Source: Candidatus Bathyarchaeia archaeon (GTDB taxonomy: Archaea > Thermoproteota > Bathyarchaeia > Bathyarchaeales > Bathycorpusculaceae). From it: a stretch of 64,000 nucleotides of DNA. Location of the stretch: positions 64,001 through 128,000 of the forward strand of contig JBEKSS010000004.1 of NCBI GenBank assembly GCA_049516875.1, in the 5' to 3' direction. Positions 1 to 8,989 of this stretch are shown here, piece by piece. The translations under genes and the position numbers were made by a program. The notes below the pieces were generated by a model. The model had not been told where the DNA came from, made no database searches, and was given only the letters and a program-made list of their open reading frames with translations. Each line of letters starts with the position of its first letter. Positions within the stretch are counted from its first letter, which is position 1.

Positions 1-1
1 C

Positions 2-292
2 ACGGGCATAGGAGAAAAGTACTTCACAGGAACAAAGGCCTGGAGCCTAAGAGGCTTCACAGAAGCCATTCAAACAGTAAGTGCGAAATCCGTAGAATTT
101 CACAGCAACCGAGGAGACTTCGAACAGTGGGCTGACAAGTCGCTTCATGACAAGAAGCTCTCTGGACAATTGAAGAAGGAAAGGCTCTCAAAACTGAGCG
201 GCGAACCGCTTCGAGAGGCTATCGTTAACGACGTGAAGAAAACCTCAAGCAGGCTGACCGCCAAAATGCGGTCTACAACCAGATACTTCTAG
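2..292 (+). CDS. 3' end of a gene running in from the left; DUF5752-like domain, probably the C-terminus of a GH57/alpha-glucan protein
   Basis: Frame 2 is open to TAG at 290-292 and reads TGIGEKYFTGTKAWSLRGFTEAIQTVSAKSVEFHSNRGDFEQWADKSLHDKKL, matching the S-x-E-F-H..GDFxxW DUF5752 pattern; lies upstream of GT4 genes. Confidence 0.65.
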   Translation, partial: TGIGEKYFTGTKAWSLRGFTEAIQTVSAKSVEFHSNRGDFEQWADKSLHDKKLSGQLKKERLSKLSGEPLREAIVNDVKKTSSRLTAKMRSTTRYF

Positions 293-365
293 CTTGTCGA
301 CGCCCACATGCCTTTATAAGAAAACCTGTTCACAATATGTTTAAGACATCTTTGTGGGTGATAGA

Positions 366-617
366 ATGAGTCAAGAGCTTCCACTTTCAGAAAAAATCCT
401 GCAAACATTGCATAATCTGTGCGCAACATCGCCTGATCTAGCGAGAAGAAGCGAGGAACTGTCACAGGTCTTGCAAGTTGACATAAACGAGTTGGAGAGA
501 ATCCTGGATGACTATAAGCGTCAAGGCTTCGCAGAAAGCTTCACAGACAATGAAGGAAAAAAAAGGTACTACCTCACTGGAAGCGGAATAATAAAAATCT
601 GCGCAATCTTCACGTAG
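366..617 (+). CDS. Small winged-helix-like hypothetical protein
   Basis: Helical N-part followed by wing-like GKKRYYLTGSG; ATG at 366 preceded by GGGTGA; TATA-like TTTATAAG at ~313. Confidence 0.6.
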   Translation: MSQELPLSEKILQTLHNLCATSPDLARRSEELSQVLQVDINELERILDDYKRQGFAESFTDNEGKKRYYLTGSGIIKICAIFT

Positions 618-627
618 TGAAGGCTCA

Positions 628-1251
628 ATGCATGTCATAATCTTCTCATGGGAATACCCGCCGAGAATCGTCGGGGAACTTGCAGACTACGTTAGAGAAC
701 TAGCGACACAGCTTGTCAAGAACAACGAGAAAGCATGGGTAGTCACTTACCACGACTTCTTAACCGGCGAGTATGAGGAGCCCGAAGGCGTTAAAACTTT
801 CAGAGTGACGAATCCCGTTCACACGCACATCGGCGTTCTCACGTGGGTTTTGACCTTAAACCAAGAAGTCGAAAGAGTTGCTGCAAACATCTACTATGCA
901 TCAGACAAACAGGTGGACCTCATTGACGTGCACGATTGGCACTTCATACCCGCAGCGGTCACGTTGAAGAATGCGCTAGCCATCCCGTTCGTTTATTCCG
1001 TGGAGAGTCTGGAGGAGCACCGTTCTCACGGTGCGAATTCACCGTTCAACATGTCAATAAAGAGCATTGAATGGTTAGGAATGGATGAAGCTGAAAAACT
1101 GCTCGTTAAGTCTGAATGGATGCGAGACGAGATAGTCAGAATATACAAAGTCTCAATGGACAAGATCAAGGTGATTCAGCCGAAATCTGCGAATTGGATA
1201 AAAGACATTTTAGAAACCTACAGGAACTCGTGGGCTAGGGCGTCAACATGA
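628..1251 (+). CDS. Stand-alone GT4 N-terminal (acceptor-binding) domain protein
   Basis: WEYPPRIVG and DLIDVHDW motifs parallel the next gene; no C-terminal ExFG..E donor domain; ATGA overlap with next gene. Confidence 0.8.
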   Translation: MHVIIFSWEYPPRIVGELADYVRELATQLVKNNEKAWVVTYHDFLTGEYEEPEGVKTFRVTNPVHTHIGVLTWVLTLNQEVERVAANIYYASDKQVDLIDVHDWHFIPAAVTLKNALAIPFVYSVESLEEHRSHGANSPFNMSIKSIEWLGMDEAEKLLVKSEWMRDEIVRIYKVSMDKIKVIQPKSANWIKDILETYRNSWARAST

Positions 1252-2465
1252 AAAAAGACTTGACCGTTATGATGCTCACCTGGGAATACCCACCCAGGAT
1301 CATCGGTGGAATCTCCCAGCACATTTATAACCTTTCTAAAAGTCTGGCGAAGAACGGCGCAAATGTTTACGTGGTGACCTGCGATTTTCCCGGAGCACCT
1401 CAACATGAAAGCACAGATGGTGTTGAAGTCTACAGGATCGACTCGTACAAGAACCCCGCGCCAGACTTTGCAACGTGGGTTTACCTCATGAACGTAAACA
1501 TGCAGAAAGAGGCTGCCGCACTCGCTCGCAGCCTCGGCGGACAGATTGACATTTTCCATGCTCATGATTGGCTCGTTGCAACGGCTGGAATCGGGCTGAA
1601 ACATGTTTTCAGAAAACCGTTTTTTGCCACTATACATTCCACCGAAATCGGCCGCAGAAACGGCATCCACACGGACTATGAAAGGATGATACACGAAACA
1701 GAGGCGTGGCTTACCTACGAAGCGTGGAAAGTGATATGCTGCAGCGACTACATGATATCACACGTTCGATGGGCCTTCGGGCTTCCGCCAGACAAGCTGG
1801 TCATGGTTCCAAACGGTGTCAACTTCGCAGCCTACGCAAAAGCAGAGAAAGAAGATCTAAGCCAGTTCAGAAACCGATTTGCTTTGCCACAAGAAAAAAT
1901 CGTGCTCTTCGTGGGAAGGCTGGTGTTTGAAAAGGGAGCCCACGTGCTTGTGAGTGCCGTTCCAAAAGTGCTGGAGAAATTAGACGCAAAGTTCGTTATC
2001 GTCGGGAACGGCTACATGAAAGACCAGCTTTCAGACCTCGTTCGAGGAATGGGAATAGCGCACAAAGTGATGTTCACAGGCTTCGTGGACGACGAAACCC
2101 TGCGAAAACTGCAGAAATGCGCCGATGTCTCTGTTGTGCCCTCCCTTTTCGAGCCCTTTGGAATAGTCGCACTCGAGGCCATGGCTGCAGGAAGCCCCGT
2201 CGTGGTCTCGGACACAGGCGGTCTGTCAGAAATAGTCAACCATGACGTAGACGGAGTCAAAGTTTACGCCGGCAATCCCGATTCACTGGCATGGGGAATA
2301 ACGAGGGTGCTGACAGACGAAGGCTTTGCAAACCGCCTCAGAACTAACGCGCACAAAAAAGTTCAAGAGAAATACAACTGGGACGCTATAGCACAGCAAA
2401 CAAAAACCGTGTACGAAGCTGTCTTAAGCGAGTACTCGAAGAGCTTCTGGGCACAAAAAAGATGA
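1248..2465 (+). CDS. GT4 glycosyltransferase (glycogen-synthase-like)
   Basis: WEYPPRIIGG, HAHDW, FVGRLVFEKG and EPFGIVALEAMA motifs. Confidence 0.9.
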   Translation: MKKDLTVMMLTWEYPPRIIGGISQHIYNLSKSLAKNGANVYVVTCDFPGAPQHESTDGVEVYRIDSYKNPAPDFATWVYLMNVNMQKEAAALARSLGGQIDIFHAHDWLVATAGIGLKHVFRKPFFATIHSTEIGRRNGIHTDYERMIHETEAWLTYEAWKVICCSDYMISHVRWAFGLPPDKLVMVPNGVNFAAYAKAEKEDLSQFRNRFALPQEKIVLFVGRLVFEKGAHVLVSAVPKVLEKLDAKFVIVGNGYMKDQLSDLVRGMGIAHKVMFTGFVDDETLRKLQKCADVSVVPSLFEPFGIVALEAMAAGSPVVVSDTGGLSEIVNHDVDGVKVYAGNPDSLAWGITRVLTDEGFANRLRTNAHKKVQEKYNWDAIAQQTKTVYEAVLSEYSKSFWAQKR

Positions 2466-2486
2466 ACGAGAGCGTTTCACCGAAGA

Positions 2487-3443
2487 CTAAGGGTACGTCA
2501 GCTTGATGGCTTTGTGTTCACAAGCGTCGACGCACTTCATGCAGTAGATGCACTCTGGATGGCTGAATTTTTCCCAAGGCAAATCCAATATGGGAACACG
2601 GGTGGGACAAACTTGGACGCAGTGGCCGCATCCGCCTTTCTCGCATTTGGTAGGTTCTCTTCTCAAGCCGATGAAGCTGAACGTGTTCATAAGAGCCATA
2701 ATGGCCCCGTGTGGGCAGAAGTACCTGCACCAGCTACGAGGCACGTAGGCCACGAAGGCCAGAACGAAAATCATGATTACAAGTTGAACCCAGAAAAGCG
2801 CGGACAGGCTCGAAATGTCGTGCAAGACATCTACACCCTGGCTTGAAAACACTGAAACGGAAAAATCGTGCACCATCCTCGGCAAGGTTGCGAACAAGGT
2901 TTCCGATGGGCTCAAGACTGTGAAAGGTGCATTAGCAAATATGCCTAAAGCCTTCTGATACTCTCCACTGATACCCATAACCTCTGAAGCCGAAAAAATC
3001 ATGACCATGAACAGCGTAATTGCCAGAACGAAATACTTCACGTAGACCATGGTCTCATGGGTTCTCACCGACAAATCTGTCTGCTTACGTTTGAAAAAGC
3101 CAACCAAGTCTTGGATGAAACCAAAAGGACAGACCCACCCGCACATTGACTTGCCTATCAGTATGCCCACGATCAGGAATGAGGCTATTGCAACCCAAGG
3201 AAAAACAACGCTGGCGTTCCATCCGCTGAACATCAGCTGGATAGCAGTGAACGCGTCGCCCGAACTGTTCACCTTCAACCCCCACGTCCAAAGAACAGGA
3301 AACAAGAGCGGTAGCGCACCGAGACTGAAAACTATTGAACTGAAGAAGATGAAGGAAAGCAACTGGACTACTCTGCGCGGCGTGTTATACTTGAGTAGTC
3401 TCTGTCTCAGTTTCTGAGCGTTCAAACGTTTCGCCTTCTTCAT
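2487..3443 (-). CDS. Membrane 4Fe-4S binding protein (NapH/MauN-like)
   Basis: TM helices, CGWVCP and CRYFCP motifs, two C-terminal ferredoxin-type Cys clusters. Confidence 0.85.
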   Translation of the reverse strand: MKKAKRLNAQKLRQRLLKYNTPRRVVQLLSFIFFSSIVFSLGALPLLFPVLWTWGLKVNSSGDAFTAIQLMFSGWNASVVFPWVAIASFLIVGILIGKSMCGWVCPFGFIQDLVGFFKRKQTDLSVRTHETMVYVKYFVLAITLFMVMIFSASEVMGISGEYQKALGIFANAPFTVLSPSETLFATLPRMVHDFSVSVFSSQGVDVLHDISSLSALFWVQLVIMIFVLAFVAYVPRSWCRYFCPHGAIMALMNTFSFIGLRREPTKCEKGGCGHCVQVCPTRVPILDLPWEKFSHPECIYCMKCVDACEHKAIKLTYP

Positions 3444-3466
3444 GCTCTAATGAAGGACTGAGTTAT

Positions 3467-3605
3467 TTATTTTCCTATGACTTTAACATTTTCCACAAGA
3501 ATCCATGGTGCCACGAGCTGCCCGATTTTCCTCTCGTTGTCAGCTGGCCCGGAAACATTCGCCAATACGTCGAAAATGTCTCCGGCCAACATCGCTCCGT
3601 GCGCT
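3467..3605 (-). pseudogene. pmbA: C-terminal remnant of PmbA/TldE
   Basis: [43 protein letters not shown] is a typical PmbA C-terminus; homology is lost upstream of ~3605. Confidence 0.75.
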
Positions 3606-3757
3606 TGCCTGCTGGAAAGTGCAGGTTCGTTGATCAACGCTGGGGGTGGACAAATAGCCCGCTCTTGCACCGTTTCCCGTGCTTTGATGGTGTCTGTCAG
3701 GTGTGCCTCTGCGCTGCAGATATTGATGTGGCGAAAAGAGCCATGTTAGAGTGCGAG

Positions 3758-3870
3758 TCCTTGTGTTTGAGTACTCAATCCGTGATTTCTTTGAGTGTCA
3801 AAACAATGTTGAACAATGTTGGTTCAGCGCTTTTTTTACTCAATTCCGCGAGGTTTTTGAGTGTCAAAAC
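3758..3870. repeat. Element B: 31-bp sequence repeated at 44409, followed by a degenerate tandem copy of an ACTCAA-N12/13-TTGAGT hairpin unit
   Basis: tccttgtgtttgagtactcaatccgtgattt (3758-3788) matches 44409-44439 at 30/31; it contains palindrome TTGAGTACTCAA; ttgagtgtcaaaac occurs at 3791 and 3857. Confidence 0.8.
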
Positions 3871-4026
3871 CCTCCCGATGGGCACGAAAGACAAGAGTGC
3901 GATGGACCAGGACTCGTATGCCACCGAGGTTAAGAGCTGAGTTTACAAAAAGAAGCTCCATTCTAGTTAGCGAGTCTGCAGTGTATAGTTGTTGTAATGA
4001 AAATGAATGGGCTAGCTTTTACTAGA

Positions 4027-4243
4027 CTAGCGCGCATGCCTGTTCCTAAATTCGTTTGCGAGGTGGCCTGTGCTTCCGGTTTTGCTTCGTCTATGGATGG
4101 TGATGCCTAAGGATACGAGAAGCACCGTTCAAAAGGCGCGACGCAACTCTATTACGGTTGAAAAGGGGAATTTAGGAACACACATAAGCACTGCAAGCAA
4201 CACATGCGGCAACATCAAACGCAACATATAAAAAACGCGCTAG
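4027..4243. mobile_element. MITE-like element A with nested inverted repeats
   Basis: Perfect 13-bp IR tgttcctaaattc (4041-4053) / gaatttaggaaca (4168-4180); outer IR ctagcgcg (4027-4034) / cgcgctag (4236-4243); left 24 bp match 44113-44136 at 22/24; tldD breaks at this CTAG. Confidence 0.6.
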
Positions 4244-4550
4244 CTCCGGTTTGCGCCGGCTTCACTGGTACTTTGCGCCTTGAGCTTGCAGCCTTGGCCA
4301 TCCTGCACGCGTCTGAAACAGCATTACTCAAAGCTTCAACATCCAAAGCGCTGACAGAAGCAAAGCCCCAAGCACCTTTCACAAGCACACGTAGTGCCGC
4401 CCCGTTTTCTATCCCTTGCTTTGCTGCTTCAACGCGGGCTTCTTTAACGGTGATCGCGGTTTTGTAGAGTTTTTGGGCGCGGACCTCAACGTACTCGGCT
4501 TTGAAACCTTGAACAGCAGTGTCGACGACTTTGGCTAAGACGTCTTTCAA
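4240..4550 (-). pseudogene. tldD: N-terminal fragment of TldD
   Basis: AEYVEVRAQ..GAALRVLVKGAWGFAS..DACRMAKA is a TldD N-terminus; truncated after ~103 codons at the CTAG of element A. Confidence 0.85.
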
Positions 4551-4700
4551 ATCTGCTCCGCTTCCAGGTTAGAGACATCCATTCCTGGAAGGAATACCCA
4601 TAAGAACCTTATAAAAACTGTCAGCGTTTTCCCGCAACTCAACGGAACAGAAAATAAATGTGCGCCTGGAGACTTGTGGCGCATCGAATGATGAATCAGC

Positions 4701-5039
4701 TTATGATTTGTGCATAAGCAATTTCATTTGAGTAATAAAAGTAGCTTCGTCATCGACGTTCTCAAGTTCTATTCTGCGAAGCTGATTAGAGTCCGAGCTT
4801 ATGTCTTCGAGAATCTTTCTTTCAATGACGTATGCACCAGATCTGAGAAAGTCCTCAAGTCCCTGTGCGAACAGTTCGATCTTGTCGCTGATCTCACTGC
4901 GTTTCAAGGAATAGTTGTGTTCCAGATGCCTGTAGATTAGGATGGTTGCTTCTTTCCCGAAAACTTGGTTTAGGACCTTGTCTATTATTCCTAGGACGGC
5001 ATCATTTTTGTTGCATGTTTGCTGTCTTGTTATCTCCAT
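4701..5039 (-). CDS. Stand-alone DUF3227/NitrOD5-like protein
   Basis: IIDKVLNQVFG..IYRHLE..LKRSEI..FAQGLEDFL..GAYVIERKI; same pattern as the N-terminus of the kinase at 34739. Confidence 0.7.
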   Translation of the reverse strand: MEITRQQTCNKNDAVLGIIDKVLNQVFGKEATILIYRHLEHNYSLKRSEISDKIELFAQGLEDFLRSGAYVIERKILEDISSDSNQLRRIELENVDDEATFITQMKLLMHKS

Positions 5040-5132
5040 TAGCCACCACAGTACTCATCGTTCATCGTACGACTTAATAAGGCTTGTTGTAGACTTGTAC
5101 AGCGCACATACAGCAAAAACACGAAAAAGAAC

Positions 5133-6479
5133 CTAAAAAGTGAAATCCGTAAGATTCAACTGTTGGACTCTTTTCGGCAAAATCTTATCTTGCGCCTGCC
5201 CGTTAAAGATTACAAGTCGTCCGTAAACGCCATCGTAGCCGGGGACGACCTTAGCCTTTCCTTCTCGAACTCGGACTATTGCCTCAGCAATCTGCTCACC
5301 CGCAACCGAGTTCAGCTCGCTCTTCGAACGATCAATCAGAACAGAGTACTCGTCCCCGAACTTTTCTATGAGTAGGTTGTAAATGCTCCACACTTTCTCA
5401 GCGGATGGAGAATCGACACCCAACACCGTGGCAATGATTTCGGAGAGCGGGAGCAGACGCATGAACCCAACGGCGTTTTCAGGCTTAAAATCCGCAGAGC
5501 GGTCAGCCAACTCTTCAACACGTTGCTCCACGCCTTTGGTGAGTTTTCTGCGGCAAACCGGACAGATGTTACCAAGCTTTGTCGCCTCTCGCGCAGAAAG
5601 CGACACATTACAGTTCCTGTGGCCCGTCCAATGATATTTGCCGTATGCCGGGTCTGTTTCAATCGTAAACTTGAAACGCCTCGTGTCTCTTGAACGGATA
5701 GCTTCCAGCACTTCACCATAATCTGGCTTCCCGAGCTCGAACACGTTTGCTTCTCTTCCAATGCGCCACGGCCAAAAACTGTGGCTGTCACTGTTTGAAA
5801 CCAGCGTGAACTTGTCAAGCCCACTTAACCGCCAGTTCATGGGCGGATCTGATGAAAGGCCCGTTTCCAAAGCGTAGATGTGTTTAGCCATGTCCTCATA
5901 GCATTCTTCAACGCTGTCGAAGCCGCTGAAGGCGCCAAAGATGCTGAACCACGGAGTCCATGCATGAGCAGGGAACACCATGTTTTCATCCGAAACTTCC
6001 ATGACCTCTTCAACCAGATGTGCCGCGTTAACATCCAACGTTGGTCTGCCGTCTGAAGCCAAATTGCCGTATTTTGACAGCCTGTCGCTAATCTGTGCCG
6101 CGGTTTCCAAGCTTGGTGTAAGAATGACGTGATGGACTTTCTTAACCTGACTCTTGGCCGCGAAAACGGTGCTCACTTCGGTTGTCACCATGAAACGCAC
6201 AGTCGAATCGTCGCCTAAAGCATATCTGTAGAGACCCGTATCTGGTTCAGGAATCAACTTCTCACTCAGTTCTTCAAGCCACTTTGGATGTGTGAAATCC
6301 CCCGTGCCTACAATGCTTAAACCCTTAATCTTTGCAAAACGATTAATCTCCTCAACACATATTCTCTCGCTCGTTGCCATGCTGTAGCGACTGTGTATGT
6401 GCAAGTCGGCTATTACCCTCAAACGTCCCAGCGCCCCAGCATCTCTTGCCCAGTTCGCTATTATTAGGTTATCGCGCAA
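5133..6479 (-). CDS. endoQ: Endonuclease Q (PHP-domain, TIGR00375-like); true start probably TTG near 6423
   Basis: ADLHIHSRYS, GTGDFTHP, PAHAWTPWFS, ETGLSSD, SNSDSHS, GKYHWTGHRNC..CPVC and PGYDGVYG motifs. Confidence 0.9.
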   Translation of the reverse strand: MRDNLIIANWARDAGALGRLRVIADLHIHSRYSMATSERICVEEINRFAKIKGLSIVGTGDFTHPKWLEELSEKLIPEPDTGLYRYALGDDSTVRFMVTTEVSTVFAAKSQVKKVHHVILTPSLETAAQISDRLSKYGNLASDGRPTLDVNAAHLVEEVMEVSDENMVFPAHAWTPWFSIFGAFSGFDSVEECYEDMAKHIYALETGLSSDPPMNWRLSGLDKFTLVSNSDSHSFWPWRIGREANVFELGKPDYGEVLEAIRSRDTRRFKFTIETDPAYGKYHWTGHRNCNVSLSAREATKLGNICPVCRRKLTKGVEQRVEELADRSADFKPENAVGFMRLLPLSEIIATVLGVDSPSAEKVWSIYNLLIEKFGDEYSVLIDRSKSELNSVAGEQIAEAIVRVREGKAKVVPGYDGVYGRLVIFNGQAQDKILPKRVQQLNLTDFTF

Positions 6480-6554
6480 ATCCTAACTGCGATGTGATAG
6501 CTCTGGTGCTCTTCGTGGGGTGTAATAATCTTACACCATCTTTAAATCAAAGCA

Positions 6555-7121
6555 TTGACTAAGCAAAATCCACGAATTCTTAGAGGTCCAAAGTTGCCAA
6601 CTAAGAAAGAACCGATATGGATAGCCAGAGACCTAGCCAAGTGCAGCGGATGCAGAAAGTGCGAAATAGCATGCTCGCTTTTCCATGAGAATCGCATATG
6701 GCCAGACGCTTCTAGAATAAGGGTTTTCATGCTCGTCCCAGGACTGGAATTTCCACATTTCTGCGCTCAATGCGAAGATTATCCGTGCGTGGCATCATGC
6801 CCAGTAAGAGCCCTCTCAGTAAGCAGCAAGACAGGTGCAGTGCTAGTAGACAACAAGACTTGCATCGCCTGCGGACAGTGCATTGACGCTTGTCCAGGCA
6901 GGGTCCCTCACATGCACCCGAAAGAAAAGCACGTTGTAATCTGCGATCTATGCAACGGAAATCCCCAGTGTGTCAAGGTTTGTCAGCAAGGAAGCTGGAA
7001 TGTGCTCAGAGTAGTTGAAAGGGGAGACGAGCCCTACAGACTCTATGCGCGGAAACCGGACGAAATAACGCGAGATTTGGCTACAAAAATCTACGGAGAA
7101 ATAGGAGGAGAATACCTGTGA
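6555..7121 (+). CDS. Polyferredoxin small subunit of a WOR5-type oxidoreductase
   Basis: Four Cys clusters (CSGCRKC, CAQCEDYPC..CP, CIACGQC..CP, CDLC..PQC..C); GTGA overlap with the large subunit. Confidence 0.85.
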   Translation: MTKQNPRILRGPKLPTKKEPIWIARDLAKCSGCRKCEIACSLFHENRIWPDASRIRVFMLVPGLEFPHFCAQCEDYPCVASCPVRALSVSSKTGAVLVDNKTCIACGQCIDACPGRVPHMHPKEKHVVICDLCNGNPQCVKVCQQGSWNVLRVVERGDEPYRLYARKPDEITRDLATKIYGEIGGEYL

Positions 7122-8989
7122 TACTAGGGTACGCAGGCAAGTTTCTTGACATTGATCTTTCGACCCAAGCTATCAAGGAAACAAAGTTCAGCGATGAAAT
7201 CTTGAACGATTATGTAGGTGGCAGGGGATTAGCAGCAAAGATTCTCTGGGACAGGCTAGGCGCTAAATGGGAGACGGTGGACCCGTTGGGGCCTGAAAAC
7301 CTGCTTCTGCTTTTAACAGGGCCTCTCACAGGATTCTTTCCGGGAGGAAGAACCTGCGTGTCGGGCAAATCTCCACAAAGCAACGGTGTTGTAGGTTCCA
7401 CCCTTTCTGGAGAATTCGGCGTTGAGTTGAGATGCGCAGGTTACGACGGCATAATGGTGACCGGCGAATCGGAGAAGCCGGCATACCTGTTTCTCAAGGA
7501 TTCCGATGTTGAGTTGAGGAATGCAAGCGATGTCTGGGGGAAGGATGGAAAGCAAACTGTTTCAGCGCTTACCAAGGAATGCAGAGGGCTCTTGAAGACG
7601 CGTTATCCAAAGTATGGTGAATGGAAGGAACCGGCAATGTTGTACGTTGGTCCAGCAGGAGAAAACAAGGTGCGAACAGCGGTTGTCGGCTCCAAGTGGG
7701 CGCACGCTGCAGGCTATGGCGGCTATGGCGCGGTTATGGGTTCCAAAAAGCTGAAAGCAGTGGTTGCAAAGGGCACAGGACCCTTGCCAGAAGTAGCTGA
7801 CATCAAAAAGGTGAAAAAGCTCATAGAAACAGTGTGCAATGACGTCTACGAGGGAGAATTGTGGAGGCGCTGGGGAACCGGAGGCGGCGGGTACACGTTC
7901 GGAAATAAAACTAGCTCAGAACCTGTTCGTAACTGGCAGGAAGAATGGCATGACGAGAAAAGTTACGGGGTTGACAAGTTTGAGAATCGGCTCTGGATGA
8001 AACCATACTGGGGCGATTTCGGTTGCCCAACCACCTGCCTGAAACTCGCAGTTGTAAAAAATGGAAAATTCAAAGGAGCAATAACTGACAATCCCGATTA
8101 TGAAATGCAAGCGTATCTAGGCCCGAACCTGGGAATATTCACACCAGAAGAAAACGTGTTTCTCGCTTCTCTGCTTGACGACCTGGGTTTGTGCGGCATA
8201 CAAACCGGCAACGTCATGGGCTTTGCAGCTGAACTCTTCCAAGAGAAAATATTGACCAAAGAGGACTTGGGAGGCTTGGAACTCAAATGGGGCGATGCTG
8301 AAGCCTTCGCAAGCTTAGCTAAGAGAATTGCTTACAGGGAAAACATAGGGGATATATTAGCTGAAGGAACATACCGTGCTGCCTTGAAAATCGGAAAACT
8401 GAAGAAGAAAGATCTGTTGCCCTATGCCGTGCAAGTTAAAGGCATAAGCATCGGCGCGCATGGAATCCGTAGTGGGCAAGACTTCCCTGAAATCATTTCC
8501 TACGCCTGTTCCGTGCAATGCGGGGACCACACGTCCATGGCGAGCCTCCCACTCGACAGAGATGGAGAAATAATGGGAATGTTCGCCGATTCAGGAGTCT
8601 TCTGCATGTTCAACAGTTTCGGCGCAACACGAAAAATCATATTCGACTTTTACAAGGCAGTCACAGGCCTAAATCTCACGCGCAAAGAGTGGTGCTTCAC
8701 AAAGGCCCTGAGAATACTGCAACTGCAAAGGACAATGTTGCTTCTGGGCGGCCCAGACTTGAAATGGAACCCGAAAGTCCACGACGACAACCCGCCAAGA
8801 TTCTACAAACCCTTGCCAACAGGACCTTATAAAGGAAAGGCTGCTGATAAGGCGGCCGTCGAAGAGTACAAACACAGGTACTACCAGGCAGTCGGCTGGG
8901 ACAAGAACGGCGTTCCGACAGCGAAGATTCTCAGAAAACTCGGACTCAAAGACGTTGAGAAAGCGTTGAAAAGAATACGTTATGACTAG
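7118..8989 (+). CDS. Tungsten aldehyde:ferredoxin oxidoreductase family, WOR5/ASOR-type large subunit
   Basis: HAAGYGGYGAVMGSK, SSEPVRNWQEE, YWGDFGCPTTC, PDYEMQAY, GAHGIRS, SVQCGDHTS and LLLGGPD motifs recalled from P. furiosus WOR5. Confidence 0.85.
   Translation: MILGYAGKFLDIDLSTQAIKETKFSDEILNDYVGGRGLAAKILWDRLGAKWETVDPLGPENLLLLLTGPLTGFFPGGRTCVSGKSPQSNGVVGSTLSGEFGVELRCAGYDGIMVTGESEKPAYLFLKDSDVELRNASDVWGKDGKQTVSALTKECRGLLKTRYPKYGEWKEPAMLYVGPAGENKVRTAVVGSKWAHAAGYGGYGAVMGSKKLKAVVAKGTGPLPEVADIKKVKKLIETVCNDVYEGELWRRWGTGGGGYTFGNKTSSEPVRNWQEEWHDEKSYGVDKFENRLWMKPYWGDFGCPTTCLKLAVVKNGKFKGAITDNPDYEMQAYLGPNLGIFTPEENVFLASLLDDLGLCGIQTGNVMGFAAELFQEKILTKEDLGGLELKWGDAEAFASLAKRIAYRENIGDILAEGTYRAALKIGKLKKKDLLPYAVQVKGISIGAHGIRSGQDFPEIISYACSVQCGDHTSMASLPLDRDGEIMGMFADSGVFCMFNSFGATRKIIFDFYKAVTGLNLTRKEWCFTKALRILQLQRTMLLLGGPDLKWNPKVHDDNPPRFYKPLPTGPYKGKAADKAAVEEYKHRYYQAVGWDKNGVPTAKILRKLGLKDVEKALKRIRYD

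Noticed and set aside
3772-3870. Mini-CRISPR interpretation of two ~33-bp units spaced ~66 bp
   Set aside because: Only two degenerate units, no leader or cas genes, and no typical repeat terminus; kept as a generic repeat
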